64,000 nucleotides of DNA, from positions 71,548,001-71,612,000 of the forward strand of contig OX597816.1 in the NCBI GenBank assembly GCA_951406725.2. The letters run 5' to 3'. The notes under the pieces are model-generated. The model saw only the letters and a list, made by a program, of their open reading frames with translations, made no database searches and was not told the DNA's origin. Shown here piece after piece: positions 1 to 12,873 of the stretch. Position numbers and translations under genes: made by a program. Source of the DNA: Octopus vulgaris (Eukaryota). Position 1 is the stretch's first letter. Every line of letters begins with the position of its first letter.

Positions 1-9
1 GAATGAAAA

Positions 10-293
10 CAATTGCAGCATGGAAGGTGTTTGTAAGCCATTTAAGAAACACACAAAAGCCATTCAATTCACTTCAACGTTTAAGTTTAATTTGTCAAAA
101 TATTTTCGTCGCTAAAATCCGCAACCTGTTCACTGACAAAAATCCGTGCTGCATCTCGGACTTTTGTCAGTTAACAGGTCGCGGATTTTAGCGATGAAAA
201 TATTTTGACAAATTAAACTTAAATGTTGAAGTGAATCGAACGGCTTTTGTGTGTTTCTTAAATGGCTTACAAACACCTTCCATGCTGAAATTG
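10..293. mobile_element. Fold-back element (~130-bp inverted arms) carrying a hammerhead-like motif in each arm; probably Penelope-like-element derived
   Basis: 10-141 is the near-perfect reverse complement of 162-293, with a small central hairpin (tccgtg...ctcgga). Confidence 0.75.
91..140 (-). ncRNA. Minimal type-I hammerhead ribozyme, G3-C8 core variant
   Basis: Minus strand reads UUUGUCA-GUGAACA-G-GUUGC-GGAUUUUA-GCGAC-GAAA-AUAUU-U-UGACAAA: 7-bp stem I, 5-bp stem II, GAAA, palindromic AAUAUU stem III. The core is CUGANGA with the 3-8 pair swapped. Confidence 0.6.
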
Positions 294-297
294 TGTA

Positions 298-455
298 TAT
301 ATATATATATATTAGACAAAAATGAGATAACATGATGAAGGGATGTCCATAATATCCCAGAAACAGCTGTAAGACTATATCTATATCTTTTTCCTTATAG
401 ATATCCTGAAAATTCACAACCTTGGCTTTATCTCATTTTGTCTAATATATATATA
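298..455 (+). mobile_element. Fold-back remnant with decayed hammerhead
   Basis: Arms atattagacaaaaatgagataa / ttatctcattttgtctaatat enclose (A)TGATGA-A-GGGAT...ATCCC-A-GAAA-CAGCTGT-A (332-371); the 5' strand of stem I is lost at the inversion junction. Confidence 0.5.
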
Positions 456-1328
456 TTATATATATATATAAGTTCAGCAAAATTTAGATTCAAATGAATA
501 TGGTACTTAAGTTAGAGGCACCAGAATTTTAAATTGACATCTTTGTCTATATATCTACCTTCTCTATAATGTTATCAATTGGTATGAAAATTATGTATTA
601 ATTGGAAACCTCTATTAATGGCTGATGATTGCTCCAACATTTTAAAACTGTTGTAATACTAACAATATTTAATAAAATGATGTAGCGTGAAACAATCATA
701 CCAAATTACCAAAGTTATTCTTGTTGCTTATTTTTGATATATATATATATATATACACACACAAGGGGCTTCTCCCAGTTTCTGTTTTCCAAATCCACTC
801 ACATAGCTATAGTAGAAAATACTGGCCTATAATAGAGACTATAGTAAAAGACACTTGCCCCATGTGCCACACAGTGGGACTGAACCTGGAACCATGTGGT
901 TGGGAAGCAAGTTTTTTTTTTATCATATAGCCATGCCTGCAACCTATGTGTGTGTGTTCTTGTCTTGACAACCTATGATTATTGTTAAATGGTTGTTAAT
1001 GTCATAGAAATAGTGCCATTCTTTTACAATACTCCTCAAGAATATATCTAGCCAAAAGGAAATATTACTTTGCTTGGTAACAAGGGAGGATTAGTGACAG
1101 GAAAGGTATCCCGTCACAGAAAATCTGCCTCAATAATCTTTATTTGACCCTTGAAAGCATGGAAAAGTGGGTGTTACAATGATGATTATGATGATGATGA
1201 TGATAAACTATCATGAAAAAGACAGTCTAATATTTTCTCTGGGGACAAGGAGGCCTTTGGGAACATGTTTCTGCCTCAATAAACTTCATCAGCACAGCAC
1301 TGTACTGTACTACCTTAATTCCAACCAG

Positions 1329-1367
1329 ACGAAAGATTTAGATGTATATGAACGTTTATCGCCAAGG
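1329..1367 (+). CDS. Candidate 39-nt host microexon (TKDLDVYERLSPR)
   Basis: Acceptor ttaattccaaccAG, donor agg|GTaatt; only frame 0 is open; 3 CpGs retained in CpG-poor surroundings. No homology recognised. Confidence 0.3.
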
Positions 1368-1529
1368 GTAATTGCATAATTAAAACAAAAATGAGCTATG
1401 AGAAATAACACAGAATGTCCAGTCACATGAATTTGGAAAGTAAAGACGAAGAAAGGTACAAGATATCTTTTTGATTTATTGTAAATGTCTTCACTTCAAG
1501 AGAAATGAAACCAACACTAAATCGGAGCT

Positions 1530-1724
1530 ATACATAAATATATACATTCATATTCATTCATATGTACATATGTATGTTCATATATATATATATACACACA
1601 CAAACATATGCATGTACACATACATATCTACATATATATGTACATATATATACATATACACATACATATATGCACACACATGGACATACATATATGTACA
1701 CACACATGTATACACACACGTCAC

Positions 1725-1800
<76 letters not shown>

Positions 1801-1825
1801 ATGCATACTATAAATATAGGTTATT

Positions 1826-1862
<37 letters not shown>

Positions 1863-1870
1863 TATATCAA
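1530..1870. repeat. Compound (TA)n/(CA)n/(CT)n microsatellite
   Basis: Directly visible. Confidence 0.95.
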
Positions 1871-1960
1871 ATATAACACATCTTAATCTTTGACCTTATC
1901 TCCATAAATTGAGAAATGAAATAATGTTGTGGTATTCCACTTATAGTAGAATATTTCCAG

Positions 1961-2031
1961 ATATTTAGAAATCTGATTATTGATTTCTGCCTAGTACAAA
2001 AACTGAAAATACTTAGAAAGAAAAACAGAAG
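1961..2031 (+). CDS. Candidate host exon (IFRNLIIDFCLVQKLKILRKKNR)
   Basis: Strong donor aag|GTatgt at 2032; acceptor tttccAG with competing AGs nearby; phase compatible with the other two candidates. Confidence 0.15.
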
Positions 2032-2295
2032 GTATGTGATTGGGTGACATTCATGCCGTTTCCTAATTAATCATAGACATAAGTGAAGAGAAATGGACTT
2101 CACCAGGAATTAAAAACTAACTTCCAAGAGATATGTTTGAGTTGGCCACCACTATAATTATGGTTATTGATGACAATAATTAAAGTTTTTTAATCAGCCA
2201 ACGAAGGAACCTCTATCAGGTTGATGTACTTTCTAAAAATAACAGCTAAGCCTCCTTCTACAAGGCAAATGGAAATATTGTAAAATGAAGTCTCT

Positions 2296-2510
2296 TAATC
2301 CTTTAGCAGCCATATAAAGCCCAAATATTCTGTTTTATGTTGAAACTGCCCAGATCTTGCCTGTCACAGCTATCCTACAATGTCATTCTAAAAATGAGCA
2401 ATCACACCACCAAAATCTAGAAGTTATGAAATAATTAATGATTAATTCAAAACAGTGTAAATAAATAAGTATTCCACTTGATTGAGTGCTCTGAATGCTA
2501 AGGGGTTTAA
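2296..2510. mobile_element. TTAA-flanked MITE (piggyBac-like), second family
   Basis: ttaatcctttagca...tgctaaggggtttaa termini; a related partial copy lies at ~5697-5884. Confidence 0.55.
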
Positions 2511-2779
2511 ATGCAGTTTGTTGTGTGTTTAACATCTATTTTTTTCATGCTAGCAAGGGTTAGATGGATACATATTATTCAGGCATTGTTTTGCAGCTGG
2601 AGGCCTTTCCTGTTGCTGACGCTTGTCTGTTTTTCTAGTAAGGGAGTTTTCATTCCACTCATCTTTGAAAGAACAGAACTACTGATGATTTGTTGACAGG
2701 GGAATGTCTACAAACAACATTGTTCATAGCCCAGCATAGTATAAAATGTAAGCATTCACAGAGTTAGTCAGACACACAG

Positions 2780-2825
<46 letters not shown>

Positions 2826-2827
<2 letters not shown>

Positions 2828-3052
2828 TTTTCTAGTTTTATTATTCTACTTGTTTCAGTCATTTGACTGCAGCCATGCTGGAGTACCACCTTTAGTCGAG
2901 TAAATCGACCCTAGAGCTTATTCTTTGTAAGCCTAGTACTTATTCTATCAGTCTCTTTTACCGAACTGCTAAGTTACGGGGATGTAAATACACCAACATC
3001 GGTTGTCAAGTGATGTTGGGGGAGACAAACACAGACACACAAACATATACAT

Positions 3053-3095
<43 letters not shown>

Positions 3096-3248
3096 CAACG
3101 GGCTTCTTCCAGTTTCCCTCTACCAAATCTACTCACAAGGCTTTGGCTGGCCCAAGGCTATAGTAGAAGACAGTTGCCCAAGGTGCCACGCAGTGGGACT
3201 GAACCCGGAACCATGTGGCTGGTAAGCCAGCTACTTACCACACTGTCA
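2826..3248 (-). mobile_element. tRNA-derived SINE, family A (CORE-like caccttgggcaagtg, internal TA/CA tract)
   Basis: Reverse complement of the copies at 12874-13290 and 29726-30128; A-box-like and B-box-like (ggttcagtcc) head. Confidence 0.85.
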
Positions 3249-3264
3249 CTCCTACTCTCTCTCC

Positions 3265-3347
<83 letters not shown>

Positions 3348-3350
<3 letters not shown>

Positions 3351-3672
3351 TGGTCAGTTTTGGAACAGTGAATGTGAACGCCTGTCGATCATTTCCTCTT
3401 ACATGAAAAGGAGAAGCTTAAGGATAACTTCAAACGTAATATTGATCTTGACTCTTGGCAACAACACCTTGCTGAAAAGTGAAACAAATGGAGAATAAGG
3501 TGTTTCACTAGTTTAACATGCTTTGAAGTGAGCAAACAGAAACATTGTGATCGACTTTGTGTGAAGTGTAAACGAAGGCACCAACAAGAAATTGCTCCAA
3601 ACGATTTTGGTTATGGCGTCTGTAGATTCCTCGCATGCAACAAGGCAGAGCTTGCTTCTCACAGCAGAGAAG
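3348..3672 (+). pseudogene. Decayed RTE (BovB-type) LINE ORF C-terminus
   Basis: Translates YGQF...KEKLKDNFKRNIDLDSWQQHLAEK*NKWR...FE...CRFLACNKAELASHSR, matching the RTE C-terminal pattern (ID..SW..LA..R..WR; terminal zinc-finger relic ending L.SH.R). Confidence 0.65.
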
Positions 3673-3899
3673 CAGAAGCCTTTTCAATATCCCCAGTTAG
3701 CACCTTAACTAATGCCCAGCTCAAACTTAGGATACAAAACTGTGGAACCCTGATTTGTTTTTTCAAAACAGTACACCTACATGTGCGTGTTGGTGTGTAT
3801 ATATGTGCGTGTGGGTATATATGTGTGTGTGGGTATATATATGTGTGTGTGTGTATATATATATATATACATATATATATATTATTATTATTATTTATT

Positions 3900-4184
3900 T
3901 ATGTGCCCTTTTCAAGCCTGGCCCAGTTTACTGGTTTCTGTGACATATGTGTTCCCCGCCAGCTGGATGGGAAGCCAGTCCATTGCAGTGTTACTCAAGA
4001 AACAGGAAGGAAGAGTGAGAGAAAGTTGGGGTGAAAGAGTACATCCGGAGTCGCCACCATCCCCTGCCGGAGCTTCATGGAGCCTTAGGTGTTTCTGCTC
4101 AGTAAACACACAACGCCTGGTGTGGGAATTGAAACCGCGATCCTCTGACCACGAATTCACTGCCCTAACCACTGGGCCATGGTG

Positions 4185-4186
<2 letters not shown>
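3900..4186 (-). mobile_element. tRNA-derived SINE, family C
   Basis: Minus head ggcaccatggcccagtggttagggcag...ggtttcaattcc; homologous to 30277-30552. Confidence 0.7.
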
Positions 4187-4272
<86 letters not shown>

Positions 4273-4273
4273 G

Positions 4274-4312
<39 letters not shown>

Positions 4313-5035
4313 AAAAGTTTTTTACGGTTTTCTTCTACTGATTTTGTGCACAAAGCATCAGTCAGCCAGGGACCAAAGTTGGAGACACTTGCCAAAGATG
4401 CCACACAGTGGAACTCAACATAAAACCAGTGTCTTTGCAAAGTGAAATTCTTAACCTCACATGCCATGCCTGTACCAGTAAGTCCGGAAATAGATAGAAC
4501 AGTCATGGCTGACATGATATTGATCACTGATCTGATCATCCTTATTGATGAGCAGAGGCTAATCAATACCACTGATAATTGCATGGCACCTTGGACAAAT
4601 GTTGGCTTCAGGCTGATCAAAGCCTTGTGAGTGAATTTGATAGACACAAACTGAAAGAAGCCCATTGTGTCTTTGTGTGTGTGTGTGTCTTTGTGGACCA
4701 GTGTCGGTGTGTTTACATCCTCCTCATTTTCTAGATGAGTTATTGATTAGTCTGTGATGTTACCCTCCAGGTTTAAAAAGCCACAAATTTTGATGATGGT
4801 GCCACATAAAGCGCACCGGTACCAGTGCCATGTAAAAAGCAACCATGCTGGTGTCAGGTATAAGGCACTGGTGCTGGTTCCACATAAAAAGCACCCAGTA
4901 CACTCTGTAAAGTGGTTGGCACTAGAAAGAAAGCCCATTGTGTGTATGTGTGTGTGCTTTTGTGAACCAGTGTTGGTGTGTTTACATCCGCTGTAATTTA
5001 GTCGTACAGCAAAAGCGACCAACAGAATAAGTACC

Positions 5036-5269
5036 TATTTCTTTACTACCCACAAGGGGCTAAACACAGAAGGGACAAACAAGGACAGACAAACAGATTA
5101 AGTCGATTACATCGACCCCAGTGCGTAACTGGTACTTAATTTATCGACCCTGAAAGGATGAAAGGCAAAGTCGACCTTGGCGGAATTTGAACTCAGTACG
5201 AAAAGACAGACGAAATACTGCTAAGCATTTCGCCTGGCATGCTAACGATTCTGTTAGCGAGCCGCCTTT
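5036..5269 (-). mobile_element. tRNA-derived SINE, family B (central gcctttcatcctttcggggtcgataaattaagtacc domain), with TSD
   Basis: Full copy flanked by a duplicated acagaataagtacc; inserted into a family A SINE. Confidence 0.9.
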
Positions 5270-5399
5270 ACAGAATAAGTACCAAGCTTAAAAAAAAATA
5301 AGTCTTGGGGTCAATTCTTTCAAATAAAACCCTTTAAGGCAGTGCCCCAGCATGGCCATTGTCTAATGACTGAAGCAAGTAAAAGACATGAAAAAACAT

Positions 5400-5693
5400 T
5401 CAAGCGAGGTCGTTCCAGTGCCGCTGGACTGGCTCCTGTGCAGGTGGCACATAAAAAACACAAATTTGAGCATGGCCATTGCCAGTACTGCCTGACTGGC
5501 CCTCATGCCGGTGGCATATAAAAGCACACACTACACTCTCGGAGTGGTTGGCATTAGGAAGGGTATCCAGCTGTAGAAACTCTGCTAAATCAAGATTGGA
5601 GCCTGGTGCAGCCATCTGTTTCGCCAGACCTCACTCAAATCGTCCAACCCATGCTAGCATGGAAAGCGGACGTTAAACGATGATGATGATGAT
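5400..5693 (+). mobile_element. RTE LINE 3'-UTR copy with (GAT)n tail
   Basis: Matches the 3' end of the LINE at 40555-40740 (ccaacccatgctagcatggaaagcggacgttaaacgatgatgat). Confidence 0.85.
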
Positions 5694-7031
5694 ATCCAGC
5701 CAAAATATTCTACAAGTTTCATCTTTAAACCAGCCAGATCTGGCCTCTTGTACACTCCTTACAATGTCATTCTAAAAATAAACAATCACATCATCGAAAT
5801 CTCTACAATTCCAGACAATGTGAATAAATAAGCATTACATTTAACAAAGTGCTGAAGGGTTAATCTGAATACTAAAGGGTTAAAGAACCATTTTTTTGCC
5901 TATGGACCTCTTTGATTCCTATTTGACTCTGGACCTCCATGTTAAAAAAAACAACCTATTATATTTTTATAGTTAATTATTATTAGGGATTGTATAAAAA
6001 TATTGTTAAAATATTTATGTATTGTAGAAATATAACTAATTTATTGCTCTTAAACTTTGGCAACAAAATCTTAAACGGACCCTCAAAGGTCATATGAACC
6101 CAGGCTGAGAACCCTAATTAAAAGTGTGGATGATCAAGGTGAAATTGAAAACCTTCTTTAAACATCAAGTCAACAACCAGCAATCAACTCTCAAACAGGG
6201 TTAGTATGGTAGGGATGACTTAGGTCAGTGCTTCATAAAGCAGGTTTCAAGACACTCCAAGGTCCCATGAAAACAATTCTAGGGTTCCAAAAGATAAGGG
6301 ATCTTATAAAATTAAGTAAAAAATTATTGTATAATGAAATGCTTTTCACCATTTCAAAATAATAAATTATGTCTTTATTCATTGTTTTACTTGTTTCGGG
6401 CATTGGACTTTGGTCATGCTGGAACACCACCTAGTAGGGTTAATGGAACAAATTGATCTTAGTACAGCTTCTGGCAGCAATTTCCAAAGGGTCATTCCCC
6501 CCAAAATTTGAAATTATATTATTATTATCATTATTATTATTACTATTATTTGTAAGCAAGCGACTTACCACACAGCCACTCCTAATATAAGTGGGAGGGG
6601 CCAGTCGACCTCACATACACTCTCATTGTTAAACTTCAGGACATCTCTAACAGGGCAAATTTATGGCCTAAGACATTCCAACCACACCCATCCATCTTAA
6701 TTTCAGACACCCACTTTTATTGGCCACATTTTTAATTTACAAAAATTTCACTTAACTGATTTTGTTAAAGTTATCTTCCTTTCTGGCAGAGTTTAGGTCT
6801 TAGGAGTCTCTGTCCATCTGTCTGTCTAGAACTGCGTGATTAATCTCAATTATTTGAATTTTTTCAACTTACTTTATTACATATGTGTGACCCACCCCAA
6901 CAGTAATGTAGTTCTGAATGTATTTTATACAGTTCCTTTTTAAAAATGATTGGCTGTAATTTTGAAGAGATTTAGCTACTATTTCTAACAGATTGATAAA
7001 ATGTTGTGGTTTGCTTAAAGCATTGTATTAT

Positions 7032-7191
7032 GATATGTGACACTGAAAGAGTTAAAAGGCCAAACAATGCAAAACCCTGATGAAGGAACTTTTAGGTCCC
7101 AAAATATTGGACCCATAAAAGACCAACAACAACAACAATAATGGTCTGTTTTGCATTGTTTGGCCTTCTAACTTTTTCAGCATCACATATC
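7032..7191 (+). mobile_element. Fold-back remnant with decayed hammerhead
   Basis: ~44-bp inverted arms enclose CTGATGA-A-GGAAC-ttttag-GTCCC-(A)AAA-TATT-GG (7077-7110); G12 apparently lost by CpG decay. Confidence 0.55.
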
Positions 7192-8090
7192 TAACAGATT
7201 AAATTATACATATTGAAAGCAGCTCTCTTTTTAGTTCATTACAATATGTCAATATGAGGAGGAGCATGAATATCACAACATCACGCATTCTCCATAAACA
7301 CTAACAGTCCTGTGGTAGTCTATACAAACAGTAGCAGGTTATGTAGTTAATTAGTCTCAGGTCAGCTCCAATTAGAGCAGACCTGTGAACAAGAGACATT
7401 CAAATTGTGACCATCCCATCTATATTGTGTTTTTTGATACAATATATTCACACTAGACAGCGTGTCCTTTATTATTTTCAAAGCTGGTAGGTTGCAGTTT
7501 GAGGGAGATTTGGCTGCTAATTCTAGCAGGCTGAACAACCACATTAGAGGCACCTCCACCTCCCAGTCAGCAGTATGTCATACCAGACACTCTGGCTAAT
7601 GTTTACTTTAATAGCTGATATTCAGATGACCTTGTCTTTTATAGTTCTCTCACCCCACCTTGCCTTGGGCTTGAGTCAATAAGACTCAGGAGGGGCCTCT
7701 ATGATTAAAATCCCCTCCGCAGAGAAACCAAAAAAAAATTCCACCTCTCTTTCTCTCCCGCCTCTCTCTTTCTTCCCACCCTGTCCTGTTCTGTCTACAC
7801 TCTAATTATTGACTTTGAACTCTAATTAACTTAATTCTTTATGGCTAATTAACAAATCATTACCTACATTTATTAACCGTTATGTCAAATGTTGATTTAG
7901 TCAACTTGAGTTCTCTGTTTTTTATTCTCATAATAAAGCTGCTTTCTTTAATTCTATTTTTTGCTATCTACTGCGCAATTTCCTAGATATTAATCACTTG
8001 ATAGACAGACCGTAATGACAAATCTCACCACCTCACTAGTCCATCGAATGTACAACGTAAACTATTTTCTATGTGTTTCTCTCAGGGGCT

Positions 8091-8573
8091 TTAACCCTTT
8101 CGTTACCAACCCGGCCAAAACTGGCTCTGGCTCTCTAGTACAAATGTCTTGTTTTCATAAGTTTTGAATTAAAATATACCACCAACCCTTAGTCGCAATT
8201 TATGTTCCTAACAGTAGCTTAATGATAATTAAATTATTTTACTAAATTATTTGTTATATTTAAAATTAATTAAAAGAAACACAGAGCATCTCAACAGAAA
8301 TATGGTAACAAAAAGGTTAAAATACATAATTAAGAAACAATTCTTAACCCTTTTGATATCAACCCAGTCAAAACCGGCTCTGGCTCTCTAGTACAAATGT
8401 CTTGCTTTCATAAGTTCTGAATTAAAATCTTCCACCAAACCTTAGTCGCAATTTATGTTCCTAACACTAGCTTAATGATAATTAAATTATTTTACTAAAT
8501 TCTTTGCTATATTTAAAATAATTGAAAGAAACACAGAGCATCTCAAAATAAATACAGTAATGAAAGTGTTTAA
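8091..8573. mobile_element. Dimeric TTAA-flanked piggyBac-like MITE
   Basis: Two ~230-bp units (8091-8320, 8344-8573) with TTAA-CCCTTT...AAAGG-TTAA type ends; the same dimer occurs at 49293-49717. Confidence 0.8.
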
Positions 8574-9199
8574 GACCTGGTACTGAACTCCAGTTTGGCA
8601 CAGTGAATACGTAAAAGACAGATCATCAAGGTTGGCCACTCTACCTGGTTGCTGTGAGGAATTAGTTAGGCCCTTTTGCTGTCTTTTAAGCCAGAGTGTC
8701 TTTTAAGGGCTTCCTATTCTAAGTCTTGTTGGTTTTGAATTGTCATCGATTCTTTCTTCTTTTTTTTTACATGTTGAAGAATGTAGTGGAATGAATCAAC
8801 CCGCAATATGTAGTTTTTTTTTCATTTCTTTTTTTTTAAAAGCTTGCTACATATTTGATTGGTCTCTGATTTGCTGAGCTGAACCACTAAGTTACAGGGA
8901 CATAAACACACCAACATTGGGTGTCAAGAGGTGATGGGTGACAAACACAGACACAAAGACACACACACATATATAATGCACTTCTTTTGCTTTGCATCTA
9001 CCGGATCCACTCACAAGGCTTTGGTCAGTCCAAAGGCCATAGTAAAAGACACTTGCCTAAGGTTCCATGCAGTGGGACTGAACCCAGATCACGCACTTGG
9101 GAAGCAAGTTTCTTACTGCACAACCATGTCTGCACTTCTGTAACTTAGCTTTTTTTTAGATAGAAATGCTGGCCCTATGCAAACCCATTTTTACCTCTG

Positions 9200-9340
9200 G
9201 GAAGATATGGTCCATATTATTCTGGCCTCTATCCTTTGGCTTGTCCAGCATGGGAGGCCCAACCAGAAGCTTGCTCCCCATAATAATAGCTCTCAGGTTC
9301 ACTGAGACACAAAAACCACCATACTGCAACAAAAACTGAA
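9200..9340 (-). mobile_element. Probable RTE-type 5'-UTR fragment
   Basis: ctgagagctat...ctggttgggcctcccatgctggacaagccaaagga shared with the plus copy at ~14545-14620. Confidence 0.4.
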
Positions 9341-10766
9341 CCTTGTGAAGGTGATATGTGGAATGTAGAATGTGAAATATTTTTTACACCTTTCCATAAG
9401 GGGCCAGTACCAAACTCTAGTTTCACGATGTGAAGCAGATGAGAGGCAGACAATCAAGGTGGACCCCATTGCCTTGATGGTGTGGAATGGTAAATACATT
9501 CTATGTCCTTCCTTTTCCCTGAGAGGGCACTAATAGCCTGTGCTGAATTTAGCTTTGTAGAGTGAAGCAGAAGAGAAGCAAACCATCTAGGGAACCCCTT
9601 CATAATCTGATTGAGGTAGGCTGCATAGTGGGACTGAACTTAAAATCATGATGTTGTGAAACAAACTTCCAAGATAAACACTTTCAAAACCATCCTGCCT
9701 AAGACTACCTTTGGTTATAAGAATCAAAGTGTCTTGTGTTAAACAAACAACAAATTCATTTGTTGGATATTTAACCAACTGACTAATAATAAAGGAGGGG
9801 AATTGAACCAGTGCATGTGTTAGTAATAATGGCATGATGACCCTCCCTAGACACAACAAAACTGTGTTAAAGTGTTCACATGTAAATTAAAATCTTCCAT
9901 CATATCTTTGCTATGTCGTATTTAAAATACCAATTAATGAAAAACTTAGTTACTTTACGAAATTCTTTTGAATTCTTTATTATTTTTGAAGTTAATTAAA
10001 ATGCATAATTAGTGTATTCTATAAGGAGTATAGTAATTAAATGGTTAATAAAATGCTTTGGAAATGGTGTTTATATGCTACAAATTTCTCTCAAGAAAGC
10101 TTCACTGAGTAGCCAAATTCAGCCAGTCAGAAGGGACTAGCTAGATTTGTGAAGGGATAAGATTTCCTTCAAAACAGAATTGATTTAAAGTTGTAAACAA
10201 ATTTAAATTTATGTAAAAAAAAAAACAAACAAACAAAAAATTTTGAAATATTTTCTGTTGTAAAATAAAAGAATTGCTCAGAAAGAAAGAAACAAACAAT
10301 AACAACAAAAAAAAACATGATTATATTTCTGACATATTTTTTTCTACTTCTTTATCAGATATACAAAAATTGAGTTGTTTATGTTGAAAACAAGACTTCC
10401 CAAGTCTGGTGCATGACATATTCCAGCACGAACTGACAATCTTTTATCGCTGTCCAAAATTACTGCAAAGCTTAAGACAAAAGAATCTTTTATTCAGTGG
10501 TGTGATTAGAATATTATCCCATGGTTTTAACTAAACTTAAATGCTCTGGCTTTTAGTAAAACATTGGCCAGCATAGGAGCAAGCGTAGCTGTGTGGTTAG
10601 GATGCATGTTATGCAAGCATGTGGCTTTGGTTTTGTAACAAGATAAAGGTCTCAGGAACACTTGAGGGGTGTCTGTCTTATCTTGTCACATACAATTGTC
10701 GAAGGGAGACAATATGGTACTTTCACTTAAGTACCATATTCATTTGAATCTAAATTTTGCTGAACT

Positions 10767-10798
<32 letters not shown>

Positions 10799-10967
10799 GG
10801 TAAGTAGAGTCAGCAGTTGGAATAACCGTCTAAGGGGTAAGAATATCCATTCTTATTACCAGTATCAATTACCTATGTTAACTCTGGGTATGGGTATGCA
10901 AGCACACTATGCTCATAGGGTACAGGTTTTAATAGAATAAACGAGAGTTTATCAGGAATCAAATTCA

Positions 10968-11247
10968 AAATAAGCAGAAAATGGAGAAAACTTTTGTTCA
11001 ACAAATTGACCAACATCGGTTAATTATTTTTTAATACACAGCTTAACATTGCTTACAGCCGTTTCGACTACCAATGTCAATCGGTGCCTGCAAAGATAAT
11101 TCCGAAAATAATATTCGTTGTCTTTATAGCACATTTGATCTGGTACATGGAGCTTCATCAGAGTGAATGCAATTAAAAAATAATTAACCGATGTTGGTCA
11201 GTTTGTTTGTTTGTTGATGAAAAGTTTCTCCATTTTCTGTTTATTTA
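10968..11247 (-). mobile_element. Fold-back element enclosing a hammerhead with long stem II
   Basis: Arms 10968-11035 / 11172-11247. Minus strand: cact-CTGATGA (11161-11155), ~90-nt stem II region, GAAA (11065-11062), CGGCTGT-A-ag. Confidence 0.6.
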
Positions 11248-11417
11248 TATATATAAACAACAAGCTTCTTTTAGTTTCCATCTACCAAATCCACTCAGAA
11301 GGCTTTGGTTGGCCTGAGGCTAGAGTAGAAGACACTTAAGGTGGTACAGTGGGACTGAACCCAGAACCATGTGGTTGGTAAGCAAGCTTCTTACCACAAA
11401 TCTCTGGTAGTATATAT

Positions 11418-11650
11418 ATTTCTTTACTGCCCGCAAGGGGCTAAACATAGAGGGGACAAACAAGGACAGACAAAGGGATTAAGTCGATTACATCGACCTC
11501 AGTATGAAACTGGTACTTAATTTATCGACCCCAAAAGGCTGAAAGGCAAAGTCGACCTCGGCGGAATTTGAACTCTGAACGTAACGACAGACAAAATACC
11601 GCTAAGCATTTTGCCCAGCGTGCTAACGTTTCTGCCAGCTCGCCGCCTTA
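11418..11650 (-). mobile_element. SINE family B, young copy with ~19-bp TSD
   Basis: aaatctctggtagtatata on both sides. Confidence 0.9.
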
Positions 11651-12600
11651 AATCTCTGGTAGTATATAACTGTATGATTTACGTAGACTACTGCAAAATA
11701 ACATTTTAATTTCATCAGTAATCACTCAAGTCCGTCTCACTATTTGGTAACATTCTTGTTTACCATAGTCCAAATAGACTATGACCCACCTGTCTTGAAT
11801 TCTGGTTTAGGAGACTGTATTCTGAAGAAATCTATCAACCTAATTACTCCTTCACTGAAAAAGAAATCTTCACTTATTGACTCATTATCACACTATCTTT
11901 TATCTGTGTCTTCTAACAATAATGCAAGAAGCAGGAGACATTAGTCTTCAGATGTTGCTCACTACAACCTCCTACTCCACCCCTTCCACCCTCCCTCAAC
12001 CGCCCCATGTCTTACTCTTCTCATATCCTGGTTTCTCATCGCCCAAAACCCTGCCTGTGTCTCTCTCTCCTCCCACAACCATCCAATAAACATTATTGGC
12101 AGTATTTTATTACCAGGACAGCTGTTCTATAGAACTTCCCCACCACCACTTCCACATAATATTCCATATAATATTCAAACATAATTCTAAACCTTCAATT
12201 ACTCAGACTTTTGGAGTAGCAATTATAAACTGCTTTTTTGATCCACAGCACACTGAATGTTGAGCTAAAACTGTTACTGCACACTATCAACGTTTTAAAA
12301 TTTTATTACACCCAAAAATAAAAAAAAATAAATAGATAAATAAAAAGTTTAAAAATGCAAAAAAAAACCAAAAAAAAATGAATATTAAAATTATTTTAAA
12401 ATTGAGATGCTTGCACAGATTTCACTTTGCTACAAACACAGGTATAACTGAGTGGTTGGAAGCTTGCTTCCTAATCACATGGTCCCGGGTTCAGTCCCAC
12501 TGCATGGTGGCACCTTGGGCAAGTGTGTTCTATTATAGTCTCGGGTAAACCAAAGCCTTGTGAATAGATTTGGTAAATGGAAACTAAAAGTAGCCCATCG

Positions 12601-12638
<38 letters not shown>

Positions 12639-12873
12639 CATGTGTGTGTGTATGTATATATATATATCATCATGTGACCAGTCCATCAGATGTAGTTACA
12701 CATCGCTGGTCACAATGCGTTCGCATTGTTTTAGCCTTCGAATGACATCACCCCGCTGGCTAAGCGAGCAGGCCAACAGAAGAAAGAGTGGGAGAAAGAG
12801 TGGTGAAAGAGTACAGCAGGGATCATCACCCCCTGCCGGAGCCTCGTGGAGCTTTTATATGTTTTCGCTCAAT

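Noticed and set aside
615-705. Hammerhead at ggCTGATGA...GAAAcaatc
   Set aside because: Core words are present but I could not form convincing stems I and III.
9340-9570. HDV-like ribozyme upstream of the RTE-type 5'-UTR fragment
   Set aside because: Expected from RTE biology, but no nested double pseudoknot could be traced by eye.
10359-10500. Exon after a strong acceptor (tttttctacttctttatcag)
   Set aside because: All three frames stop within about 60 nt and no donor was found.
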